A DNA stretch of 64,000 nt, from positions 51,787 to 115,786 of the forward strand of contig CAWCMB010000007.1 of the NCBI GenBank assembly GCA_963796585.1. The letters are read 5' to 3'. Positions 35,284 through 43,379 of this stretch are shown here, piece after piece (position 1 is the first letter of the stretch; each line of letters opens with the position of its first letter). The stretch comes from an uncultured Acidobacteriaceae bacterium. Its GTDB lineage: Bacteria > Acidobacteriota > Terriglobia > Terriglobales > Acidobacteriaceae. The position numbers and the translations under genes are program-made. The notes beneath the pieces are model-generated. The model was not told where the DNA came from, ran no database searches, and saw nothing but the letters and a program-made list of their open reading frames with translations.

Positions 35284-37266
35284 ATGGCTCTCGACAACAC
35301 TCAAACTGAAACCTCGACCACGCAAACTCAGGACCCTGCCTCCGAACCCCAGCCACAAGAGCAGACTTACGACGCGCAGGCGTCGAATCAGGGTCAAGAC
35401 CAGCACGCTGCCGATGCTCAACCAGCAGATCATGCCCAAGCTGAACCTCAGGCTGAACAACCGCGGGAGGAACGCGCCTTCGAAACACCGGTAGACGCGC
35501 AAACTCCTGCCGCAACCCAGATGCAGGCGGAACCTGCGGCTCCCAAGAAAGCGGAAAAGGAGCCCAGCATGGAAGACTTCGCCAGCGTGCTGGAATCGTT
35601 CGAGCAGGAGCAGGCCCAGACCGAAGCCGCGCTCAATGACGAGCAGATCGTGTCCGGCCACGTACTGAAAGTGACACCGCAGTACGTGGTTGTCGATATC
35701 GGCTACAAGTCTGAAGGCGTGGTTCAGGTGTCGGAGTTCACCGATCACGAGGGCAATGTCACGGTCCAGGCCGGGGACGAGATCGCGGTCATGCGCGAGC
35801 CGGGGCACACGGAAGAGGGTTACATCCACCTCTCCCATCAGAAGGCGCAGCGGCTGCGGGCCTGGGACGAAATCGAGAAGGCCTACAACGACAAGGCTTC
35901 CGTGAAGGTGCGGGTCATCGATCGCATCAAGGGCGGGCTGACGGTCGATATCCTGGGCGCGCGCGCTTTCCTGCCGGGCTCGCAGGTTGATCTGCGCCCG
36001 TTACGCAACCTGGACGGCCTTAAGGGCCATGAAATCGAAGTTCGCATCATCAAGCTGAACAAGAAACGCGGCAACATCGTCGTTTCGCGCAAGCAGCTGC
36101 TGGAAGAAGAGCAGACGGAGAAGCGCTCCAAAACTCTCGATCACCTTGAGGAAGGCGCGATTCTCACCGGGGCGGTAAAGAACCTCACCGACTACGGCGC
36201 CTTTGTCGACTTGGGCGGCATCGACGGCTTGCTGCACATCACCGACATGTCCTGGGGACGCTTGACTCATCCCCACGACTTGGTACAGGTCGGCGATCAG
36301 ATTCAGGTGAAGGTGCTGAAGTTCGACAAGGATAAGCAGCGCGTATCGCTTGGTTTCAAGCAGCTCACGCCTGATCCGTGGCTGGACGCTGCGGAGCGTT
36401 ATCCCATTGGAGCTCATGTCAGGGGCCGGGTTATCAGTGTCACGGATTACGGTGCTTTCATCGAGCTGGAGCAGGGAATTGAAGGCCTGGTACACGTCAG
36501 TGAAATGACGTGGTCCAAGCGCATGAAGCACCCCTCGAAGCTGGTGAACGTGGGCGATCAGTTGGAAGCCGTGGTGCTCAATGTGAATCCCACAGAGCGC
36601 CGCATCAGCCTAGGCCTGAAGCAGCTCGAATCGAATCCATGGGAGACGCTGCACGAGAAATTTCCGGTCGGGACGGTGGTTGAAGGAAAGGTCCGCAACC
36701 TCACCGACTTTGGGGCTTTCATCGAGATCGAAGACGGGATTGACGGCTTGGTTCACGTCAGCAATCTGAGCTGGACCAAGCGCGTGAAGCATCCCTCAGA
36801 GGTGCTCAAGAAGGGCGACAAGGTGCGGGCTATTGTTCTGGCGATCGAGCCGGACCAACGCCGCCTCTCCCTGGGCGTGAAGCAACTTCAGCCCGACGTG
36901 TGGGAGACTTTCTTCGAGCAGCATCGCGTGGGCGATGTTATTCACGGCAAGGTGCTGCGACTGGCCAGCTTTGGCGCTTTTGTCGAAATTGCCGATGGCG
37001 TTGAAGGGTTGTGCCACAACTCGGAAGCGGTGGACGCTCACGGAGCACCGATTAAGCTTGAACCCGGACAGGAGTTCGAGTTCAAGATTATCAAGATGAA
37101 TCCGGCCGAGAAGAAGGTCGGGCTCAGCATCCGGGCGGTCGGCGAGGAAGCGACTCGTGGCGAAGTGGAAGCCTACAAAGCTCCGGCAACGAGCACTTCT
37201 TCTGGAGCAGGGTCTACGATTGGCGAGTTCATGAACTGGAAACGCGCCAGCAACGAGAACAGCTAA
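35284..37266 (+). CDS. rpsA: 30S ribosomal protein S1
   Basis: Six S1 domains are present. S1 homology begins at MEDFASVLESFEQ (ATG 35569, with AAGGAG 7 nt upstream). The 95 codons before it are an open Q/A/E/P-rich frame. Confidence 0.9.
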   Translation: MALDNTQTETSTTQTQDPASEPQPQEQTYDAQASNQGQDQHAADAQPADHAQAEPQAEQPREERAFETPVDAQTPAATQMQAEPAAPKKAEKEPSMEDFASVLESFEQEQAQTEAALNDEQIVSGHVLKVTPQYVVVDIGYKSEGVVQVSEFTDHEGNVTVQAGDEIAVMREPGHTEEGYIHLSHQKAQRLRAWDEIEKAYNDKASVKVRVIDRIKGGLTVDILGARAFLPGSQVDLRPLRNLDGLKGHEIEVRIIKLNKKRGNIVVSRKQLLEEEQTEKRSKTLDHLEEGAILTGAVKNLTDYGAFVDLGGIDGLLHITDMSWGRLTHPHDLVQVGDQIQVKVLKFDKDKQRVSLGFKQLTPDPWLDAAERYPIGAHVRGRVISVTDYGAFIELEQGIEGLVHVSEMTWSKRMKHPSKLVNVGDQLEAVVLNVNPTERRISLGLKQLESNPWETLHEKFPVGTVVEGKVRNLTDFGAFIEIEDGIDGLVHVSNLSWTKRVKHPSEVLKKGDKVRAIVLAIEPDQRRLSLGVKQLQPDVWETFFEQHRVGDVIHGKVLRLASFGAFVEIADGVEGLCHNSEAVDAHGAPIKLEPGQEFEFKIIKMNPAEKKVGLSIRAVGEEATRGEVEAYKAPATSTSSGAGSTIGEFMNWKRASNENS

Positions 37267-37287
37267 GCCAGCAAGATTGACACGAGA

Positions 37288-37316
37288 TGCCGCCAGCAAT
37301 GGCGGCTTTTCTGTTT
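37288..37316 (+). terminator. Rho-independent terminator after rpsA
   Basis: tGCCGCCagcaatGGCGGC followed by TTTTCTGTTT. Confidence 0.7.
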
Positions 37317-37340
37317 GGGTGCGATGGCCGCTATTGAGGT

Positions 37341-37697
37341 GTCATGCTGAGCGCAGTGAAGGATCTGCATTTTCTTCGCACCGCGTAAAGTGGTGGCTGG
37401 ACGGAACTGCAGATCCCTCCGGGACTGACGTCCCGTCGGGATGACACACATAGTTCAAGGCTTGCGAGGGCTAAAACATTTCACGAGTGTCATCCTGAGA
37501 CGAAGTCGAAGGATCTGCATTTCGCTCACCCTGGCACAGATTGGTGGTTCGACGGAACTGCAGATCCCTCCGGGACTGACGTCCCGTCGGGATGACACCC
37601 GGATTTGGTATGGACGAGACGACTATTTAATCCGCAGACTGTGGCTCGACCGAACTGCAGATCCCTCAGGGACTGACGTCCCGTCGGGATGACACCC
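37341..37697 (+). repeat. three copies (two full, one half) of the GTCATCCTGAG...GGGATGAC composite repeat
   Basis: The copies lie at 37341-37448, 37489-37598 and 37651-37697. They belong to the same family as 30999-31309. Confidence 0.8.
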
Positions 37698-37719
37698 GGA
37701 TTTGGTATGGAGGAGACGA

Positions 37720-38103
37720 CTATTTGATCCGCAGATTGACGTGTGGTGCATTGCGGTCGTCGAACTGGCTAACCGTCTTGGTGTCGCTGCGCTTGCCATT
37801 GAGTTCGGCGTAGACCTCGTAATCGACGTTGCGCTCCAGCTGGGGGAAGCGATAGGTTCCATCCTTCTGCGCGAAGAACGTCCTCACGTTCAGCGTCTTC
37901 TCGTTCTTCAGGTAAACCACGGCATTGGGAATGGGTTGGTCGTTTTTATCCATCACCACTCCGGTAAGAACACGCTGGTTGACGCGCGCTTTCTTTCCGG
38001 AGTCGTCATTGGGAGCGGACTGCGAGAGCGGAATCTGCAGTTGCCAGGCGCTACACAACAGCAGGACGAAGCAGAGAAATACCAGGTTCAGAGACTTCTT
38101 CAT
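37720..38103 (-). CDS. secreted carboxypeptidase-regulatory-like domain protein
   Basis: Signal peptide MKKSLNLVFLCFVLLLCSA, then ...LTGVVMDKNDQPIPNAVVYLKN...DGTYRF.... Confidence 0.55.
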   Translation of the reverse strand: MKKSLNLVFLCFVLLLCSAWQLQIPLSQSAPNDDSGKKARVNQRVLTGVVMDKNDQPIPNAVVYLKNEKTLNVRTFFAQKDGTYRFPQLERNVDYEVYAELNGKRSDTKTVSQFDDRNAPHVNLRIK

Positions 38104-38114
38104 TGGTTTTCAGT

Positions 38115-38549
38115 TTACTCTGCCTGACGCCCCAGTTGTTGCTCGGTCAGGTGAATTCCTACATCCTGCCGTTCGTTGTCGTCGATATGCACCGTGGTTT
38201 CGGGCCTGGGTACGCCCTTCGGCGTTTTAATGTCTGCCTCAACGACGTAGTCCTGCTTGCCGACAGGAACGCGTTGGGCGAACTCGCCCGTACGGTTCGA
38301 CACCTGTTCCCAGCGAAACTTCTTCTCTGAGGCGCGCCGAATCTTCACCGGCACGCCTGCCAGGGGACGCGAGTCAGGCCCCCACACGGTCCCGAATATC
38401 AGCGCGTAATCTTTGCTGTGGGCTTTCGAGTTTGATTGCGGTAGAGGGTGAAGTGGTGCAGCGCAGAGCGCACCACCGGTCAGCAGAATCGAAAGCAGGA
38501 GGGAGAGCGACCGTGCGACATTGCCAGGATTCGGCGACACCCCGGTCAA
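38115..38549 (-). CDS. secreted carboxypeptidase-regulatory-like domain protein (paralogue)
   Basis: ...IFGTVWGPDSRPLAGVPVKIRR......TGEFAQRV.... The TTG start overlaps the stop of the upstream zinc-ribbon gene. Confidence 0.5.
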   Translation of the reverse strand: MTGVSPNPGNVARSLSLLLSILLTGGALCAAPLHPLPQSNSKAHSKDYALIFGTVWGPDSRPLAGVPVKIRRASEKKFRWEQVSNRTGEFAQRVPVGKQDYVVEADIKTPKGVPRPETTVHIDDNERQDVGIHLTEQQLGRQAE

Positions 38550-38743
38550 TATGCCTCCTCCTCAGCTTCCTCTTCGTCATCGTCGTCGTCGCCGCCCTTC
38601 TCTTCCACCTTGCTCAATTCGAGAGGATCGACCGCTACCACCTCGAAGTCAGTGCCGCACTCCGGGCAGGAGACGACTTCGCCCTCATCCACTTCATCTT
38701 CTTCAATATCGAGATCGCTTTCGCATTCGGGACAAATAACCAT
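38546..38743 (-). CDS. LysW-like zinc-ribbon protein with poly-acidic tail (65 aa)
   Basis: MVICPECESDLDIEEDEVDEGEVVSCPECGTDFEVVAVDPLEL...GGDDDDDEEEAEEEAY. GGAGGG lies 7 nt before the ATG at 38743. The two CPEC knuckles and the EVV..DPL pattern match the LysW/amino-group carrier family. Confidence 0.6.
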   Translation of the reverse strand: MVICPECESDLDIEEDEVDEGEVVSCPECGTDFEVVAVDPLELSKVEEKGGDDDDDEEEAEEEAY

Positions 38744-38854
38744 GATGATGCCCTCCGTTCCTGGCCGGCCTGCCCCCCGGTGGGTCGCAGCGCCATCCGC
38801 CCTTTTATATTTAGAATCTCTTGCTAGCAGCGTCAAGTAACAGACGTTGAAGAA

Positions 38855-40276
38855 ATGTCGAGGTTTCAGCTTTCCATGCAGAATCCAAAATACTTGCTTG
38901 CAGGAATCGCGCTTTTGATGTTGACGATTCCGCCGTTAGTTGCTCAAAGTTCCACCAACTCTGATTCTCTTGCGGCGAGCAAACCCGATCCGCAGATCAC
39001 GGCGGCACTGCGCGATGTGTCGGCCCAGCGAATCGAGCAAACGATTGTGAAGCTCGTGAGCTTCTATACCCGGCAAACGCTCTCGTCAGAGATGCCGGCC
39101 TCCAGCGGCAAGGGCGCAACCGCTGCGGCGGATTGGATCAAGAGCCAACTGGAGCAATACTCCAAGGATTGCGGCGGCTGCCTGGAGGTGAAGACGGACG
39201 AGTTTACCCAGGAGCCTGGAGCGCGCGTCCCACAACCGACAAAAATCACGAACGTCTATGCCGTGTTGCGCGGGAGCGATGCCGCGAATGCCGGACGCAT
39301 CGTGCTGGTCACCGGCCACTACGACTCTCGTAACAGCGAGACCAACGACGTGAGCCAGCAGGCTCCCGGGGCGAACGATGACGGCAGCGGCACGGCAGTG
39401 AGCATGGAATGCGCGCGCGTGCTAAGCAAACACAAGTTCCCGGCGACCATCATCTTTCTCACCGTTGCCGGGGAAGAACAGGGGCTCTATGGGAGCGCTC
39501 ATTTCGCCAAGATGGCCAAAGCGCAAGGCTGGAACATTGAGGCGGCGCTGAACAACGACATCGTGGGCGGGGACCGGACGCCGGGTGCGATTGGCCAAGA
39601 CCCCCACGTGGTGCGGGTGTTCTCCGAGGGCATTCCGGTCACGGCTGATGAAAAGCAGATCAAGATGATTCGCGGGTTGGGCGCCGAGAGTGACAGCCCA
39701 TCACGCGAGTTGGCTCGCTACATCGCTGCGACCTCACAGGCGTACCTGCCATCCAAAACCTTCCACCCGTTGCTGGTGTTCCGCCCCGACCGGTTCCTGC
39801 GCGGAGGCGATCAGACTTCATTCAATCAGCAGGGCTATGCCGCGGTGCGGTTTACCGAATTTCGTGAGAACTACAACCATCAGCATCAGACCTTACGCAC
39901 AGAAAACGGCGTAGAGTACGGCGACCTGCCTAAGTTCGTGAATTACGATTATGTCGCAAACGTCGCGCGATTGAATACGGCAACGTTGGCAGCGCTGGCA
40001 TCCGCGCCGGCTTTGCCGGCCAATGTTCGCATTCTCACCAAAGGGTTACAGAACGATTCCACTCTGGTGTGGGAGGCCTCGCCCGGAGGATTGGCGACGG
40101 CTTACGAGGTCGTGTGGCGGGATACAACGGCTTCGGAGTGGACGGACGTCAAAAACGTTGGCAACGTGACCAAGGCAACGCTGCCGTTGTCCAAGGACAA
40201 CGTGTTTTTTGCCGTACGTGCTGTGGACGCCAAGGGGCATCGCAGCCTGGCAGTTGTTCCCGTACCGGAGCGGTGA
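38855..40276 (+). CDS. M28 family aminopeptidase with C-terminal FN3-like domain
   Basis: Signal peptide, then ...VTGHYDSRN...GANDDGSGTAV... metal-ligand motifs. Confidence 0.8.
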   Translation: MSRFQLSMQNPKYLLAGIALLMLTIPPLVAQSSTNSDSLAASKPDPQITAALRDVSAQRIEQTIVKLVSFYTRQTLSSEMPASSGKGATAAADWIKSQLEQYSKDCGGCLEVKTDEFTQEPGARVPQPTKITNVYAVLRGSDAANAGRIVLVTGHYDSRNSETNDVSQQAPGANDDGSGTAVSMECARVLSKHKFPATIIFLTVAGEEQGLYGSAHFAKMAKAQGWNIEAALNNDIVGGDRTPGAIGQDPHVVRVFSEGIPVTADEKQIKMIRGLGAESDSPSRELARYIAATSQAYLPSKTFHPLLVFRPDRFLRGGDQTSFNQQGYAAVRFTEFRENYNHQHQTLRTENGVEYGDLPKFVNYDYVANVARLNTATLAALASAPALPANVRILTKGLQNDSTLVWEASPGGLATAYEVVWRDTTASEWTDVKNVGNVTKATLPLSKDNVFFAVRAVDAKGHRSLAVVPVPER

Positions 40277-40293
40277 CAAGGTGGGTTTGAATC

Positions 40294-40353
40294 ACCGAGA
40301 CACAGAGGCGCAGAGCAGATTTGGAAGTCCCGGTGTCTCTGTGCCTCTGTGGT
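40294..40353 (+). repeat. GAGACACAGAGGC / GCCTCTGTG palindromic repeat unit
   Basis: ccgagacacagaggcgcagag...ggtgtctctgtgcctctgtgg, containing interlocking inverted repeats. Confidence 0.4.
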
Positions 40354-40402
40354 CAATTTGATGGGCAGTCTGGCCGCAGAAGCATCTAAAATAGAACTTT
40401 CA

Positions 40403-41284
40403 ATGCGACGTACTTCCAATCTCGGCAGCATGGGACTCAGCTTTCCGCCGTTCACGCGCGCGGTGAAGCAACTGCTCATCGCGAATTGCGCCATATTCCT
40501 GCTGTTCGCCCTGTTTCAAGCCATCGACAGCACCGCTCCGATTGCAGCCTGGCTCTACAATCACCTCGGCCTTGAAGGATATGCGGTCGTTCACGGCGAG
40601 CTCTGGCAGCTGGTGACCTACGCGTTCCTTCACTACGGGATACTGCATCTGCTGTTCAATATGCTGGCGCTCTGGATGTTTGGCGCTCAGCTGGAACAGG
40701 ACTGGGGCTACAACCTGTTCATGCAGTTCTACTTCTTCTGCGCGATTGGGGCAGCGATTTGTACAGTTCTGATTTCGTTCACGGGAATCCTGGGAGTCAG
40801 TCCCCGCACCCTAACCGTGGGCGCCTCCGGCGGCATTTACGGCCTGCTGCTGGCATTCGGAATCCTGCACGGCGATTCGGAGATCATGCTGTTCCCGCTG
40901 CCGTTCATGATCAAAGCGAAGTACTTCGTCATCGGCATCATCGGACTGGCGCTGTATGGAGCACTGTCGTCTGCGCATACTCTTGGGCAATCGACCGCGT
41001 ACATGGCGCATCTTGGCGGCCTGGTTTTTGGCTACATCTTCCTGAAGTTCGTGCCGCGTCGTGGCTTTGGGTATGCGACCTCCGAGCGCTATTACGGACT
41101 GCGCAACTCCTACTATCGCTGGAAGCGTAAGCGCGCCGCCCGTAAGTTCGAGGTCTATATGCGCAAGAATGACCGCAGCGATTACAAGCACGATGACTAT
41201 TTCGACGAGTACGGCAATTACAAGGGACCGGAAGCTTCTGGCGGGAAGAAGAACGGCGACTCACGCTCCGGTTGGGTGAACTGA
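40403..41284 (+). CDS. rhomboid family intramembrane serine protease
   Basis: GASGGIYGLL (catalytic Ser) and AHLGGLVFG (catalytic His), with 6 TM segments. The ATG at 40403 is preferred over the track start. Confidence 0.85.
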   Translation: MRRTSNLGSMGLSFPPFTRAVKQLLIANCAIFLLFALFQAIDSTAPIAAWLYNHLGLEGYAVVHGELWQLVTYAFLHYGILHLLFNMLALWMFGAQLEQDWGYNLFMQFYFFCAIGAAICTVLISFTGILGVSPRTLTVGASGGIYGLLLAFGILHGDSEIMLFPLPFMIKAKYFVIGIIGLALYGALSSAHTLGQSTAYMAHLGGLVFGYIFLKFVPRRGFGYATSERYYGLRNSYYRWKRKRAARKFEVYMRKNDRSDYKHDDYFDEYGNYKGPEASGGKKNGDSRSGWVN

Positions 41285-41286
41285 AC

Positions 41287-41610
41287 TCAGGTCTGGAACA
41301 CGGTTTCCAGGCTCTCGTAAATTACCGGTATCTCGCAAAGTTCCGGCAAGCGGAGCCAGTAGCGATGCACCTCGGGATCATGCTGGGCCTCCGCCCGCGT
41401 CTCCGCCGATTTCCAATAGCGCGTGTGAAAGAAGCGGTCAGGACGTGAAACGTCGCGACGCAGGGTGTCGCGGCTATACCCTTTCACGTACATCATGGAG
41501 TAGAGCTCACGCAGCAGGGCAATGAGTTCCTCCTGCTTTCCGGGAAGGGCTTCAATGACTGCTACGGATACGATTTCCTCATCCAAGTTCCACCTCGCCG
41601 AAGATATCAA
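41287..41610 (-). CDS. ABM (antibiotic biosynthesis monooxygenase-like) domain protein
   Basis: 107 aa with the ferredoxin-like pattern ...VAVIEALPGKQEELIALL......RYWKSAETRAEAQHDPEV.... Confidence 0.5.
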   Translation of the reverse strand: MISSARWNLDEEIVSVAVIEALPGKQEELIALLRELYSMMYVKGYSRDTLRRDVSRPDRFFHTRYWKSAETRAEAQHDPEVHRYWLRLPELCEIPVIYESLETVFQT

Positions 41611-41738
41611 TGTCGTCCCTGAAGGGACTCGGGCCTTTGCTATGCCGCTCTGCCCAGCGCTGCCGCACTGGGCTGGAATTGTATTCGATCGTCGATTCTT
41701 ACCACCGCAGGCCCGGTACCTGCTAGTTCAGGACCGAA

Positions 41739-41769
41739 CTGATAGCTGACGGCTGATAGCTGAGAGCTC
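41739..41769 (+). repeat. heptad array CTGATAG CTGACGG CTGATAG CTGAGAG CTC
   Basis: Strict 7-nt period, ending 2 nt from the yihY stop codon. Confidence 0.8.
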
Positions 41770-41770
41770 T

Positions 41771-42658
41771 TTACGCCTGGACCTTTCTCCTTGCGGGATC
41801 GATCTCAGAGTGCGTCCCAAACAGATATCGCGGGAAGCGCAAAGCGTTGAATTCCGCTCCGATGAGCACCACCATGGAGACGAGGTACAGCCAGATGAGC
41901 AGTGAAATTGCCGCTCCCACCGAGCCGTAGATAACGTCGTAGTTGGCGTAGCGCCGCAGATAAAAGCCGAACAGGACGGTGGAAACGAACCACAGCACGG
42001 TCGCCAGTGCCGACCCAGGTAACACGCGGTGCCAGGGCTGGGTGCGCGGAACCCCATGGTGATACACCAGACCGATGACTGCGATGCTGGTCAGCGCCGA
42101 GATAATCCAGCGTACGGCGGTCCAGAGGCCCAGGATGTACGGCCCCAGTTCATGGCCGGTGTGATAGACCGACCAACGCTCGATCTGGTTTCCGAAGGCC
42201 ACCAGAAAGGAAGCAAACGCCATCGGCAACCCAGCCAATACGACCAGCAGTAACGCGATCATGCGTTCCTTCACCAGCCCCCACGTCTTCGGCATCTGGT
42301 AGGCTTTACGGAACCCTTCCATCCAGGAAATCATGACGCCGGAGGCGGTCCACAGGGTGAAGATCGAGGTGGTGAACAGCAGCTTGAACTTGACCGGCTT
42401 GCTGGCCGAAAAATACTGCAGCACGGCACTGCTGGTGCCTTCCGGCAAGATGCGCCCGAGCGAACGATAGACTTCGCGGAAGAAAGTCTCCGTCGTGTTG
42501 GAGGTGGACAGCACCGAAGCCAGCACCAGCACGGCAGGGAAGAGGGTGAGAATCGCCGAGAAGGCAGCCGCCTTGGCGATGGCGAAGGCGTCATGCTCGA
42601 ACGCCCGCCAGAAAGCCAGCCGGACATGTTGAAAGAATGGGAGCATCAGTGTGCGCAA
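41771..42658 (-). CDS. YihY/BrkB family membrane protein
   Basis: ...FEHDAFAIAKAAAFSAILTLFPAVLVL... with 6 TM helices, typical of YihY. Confidence 0.8.
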   Translation of the reverse strand: MRTLMLPFFQHVRLAFWRAFEHDAFAIAKAAAFSAILTLFPAVLVLASVLSTSNTTETFFREVYRSLGRILPEGTSSAVLQYFSASKPVKFKLLFTTSIFTLWTASGVMISWMEGFRKAYQMPKTWGLVKERMIALLLVVLAGLPMAFASFLVAFGNQIERWSVYHTGHELGPYILGLWTAVRWIISALTSIAVIGLVYHHGVPRTQPWHRVLPGSALATVLWFVSTVLFGFYLRRYANYDVIYGSVGAAISLLIWLYLVSMVVLIGAEFNALRFPRYLFGTHSEIDPARRKVQA

Positions 42659-42700
42659 AAGCAGTTTACACAGCCAAGGGGGAAGGGGCGATAGGAAACC

Positions 42701-42735
42701 AGTTGTCAGCTGCCGGTGGTCAGTTGTCAGTGGAT
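42701..42735 (-). repeat. heptad array (reverse strand CTGACAA CTGACCA CCGGCAG CTGACAA)
   Basis: Same CTGAnnn family as 41739-41769, in the opposite orientation. It lies 43 nt upstream of the yihY start. Confidence 0.75.
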
Positions 42736-42905
42736 TCGGGCCGTTTCGTTAGAACACGATCCTTACGCATCGCTCGAAGATCACCCTCCCAGATGCCGCT
42801 GCCGTAGTAAGCCAGAATCCCTTTGCGCGCCTCGGACCGGCAGGTCGGCGTGGGTGTCTTCTCGTCACTCGGGCGCCTTGTCTGGAGCTTGCGTCTTTTT
42901 CGCAT
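42720..42905 (-). CDS. doubtful small basic ORF
   Basis: MRKRRKLQTRRPSDEK...GILAYYGSGIWEGDLRAMRKDR. There is no SD and it overlaps the heptad array. The tail loosely resembles antitoxin C-termini. Confidence 0.2.
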   Translation of the reverse strand: MRKRRKLQTRRPSDEKTPTPTCRSEARKGILAYYGSGIWEGDLRAMRKDRVLTKRPESTDN

Positions 42906-42974
42906 AGTCGGAGGCCGCTTCAAATTCTGAAATAGGCCTTAACCGCAGAACTGGCCCTTATGTTTGGTATTATA

Positions 42975-42985
42975 AAGTAATACTT
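42975..42985 (+). promoter_or_regulatory. palindromic candidate operator
   Basis: AAGTAaTACTT is a perfect 5-1-5 palindrome in an AT-rich stretch, 10 nt before the RHH gene ATG. A further AGTAA half-site follows. Confidence 0.4.
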
Positions 42986-42994
42986 AGTAAATTT

Positions 42995-43309
42995 ATGCGA
43001 ACCACCGAAATAATGACCATCTCCCTGCCTCCAGAACTGCTACGGCAGTTCGAAGAGGTGCGCAAACGCGAGTCCCGCACCCGATCGGAGCTCGTACGCG
43101 AGGCGTTACGCGTCTATTTTGAGCAACGTTATCCCACGATTCAGCCGACAGTTGAGGAGCTTGCGGCTTTGCGCCGTGGGCGCGCTGCCCTCAGGCGAGG
43201 AGATTCGCTATCCTTAAGCGAGTTCCTCAATGGCTTGGAATCTGCGAATCGCCGGACCGGCACAAAAAGAATTTCGAAAGCTCCCCGGAAGCGATCAGCA
43301 GCGCGTTAA
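42995..43309 (+). CDS. ribbon-helix-helix (CopG/ParD-like) antitoxin
   Basis: MTISLPPELLRQFEEVRKRESRTRSELVREALRVYF is a classic RHH. Confidence 0.7.
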   Translation: MRTTEIMTISLPPELLRQFEEVRKRESRTRSELVREALRVYFEQRYPTIQPTVEELAALRRGRAALRRGDSLSLSEFLNGLESANRRTGTKRISKAPRKRSAAR

Positions 43310-43367
43310 AGCCGCCCTGCTCGCGATGCAGCAGGATTCGTATGGAGCCCGAGTGGCCGGAAAGTGA
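43230..43367 (+). pseudogene. RelE/ParE-family toxin, truncated after ~45 codons
   Basis: MAWNLRIAGPAQKEFRKLPGSDQQRVKAALLAMQQDSYG matches the RelE/ParE N-terminal helices (W.l.i...A.k.l.kLp...q.ri..al..l..dP). The beta-sheet core is missing. Confidence 0.6.
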
Positions 43368-43379
43368 TACGCTCACGTT

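Noticed and set aside
35114-35838. Antisense ORFs over the rpsA leader and N-terminal extension (133 and 189 aa)
   Set aside because: They overlap the S1 frame and a strong sigma-70 promoter, and their products are Arg/Leu-rich low complexity.
30999-37697. Possible CRISPR array, given regularly recurring ~110-140-nt units with palindromes
   Set aside because: The units are far longer than CRISPR repeats. The 'spacers' between them are short and related to each other. The copies occur at two unlinked loci in convergent intergenic regions, and there are no cas genes. This behaviour fits REP/MITE-like elements.
42716-42907. 63-aa + strand ORF opposite the small basic ORF
   Set aside because: It starts inside the heptad array and has no SD or motif. 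Neither strand is convincing here; the - strand ORF was kept only as a low-confidence feature.
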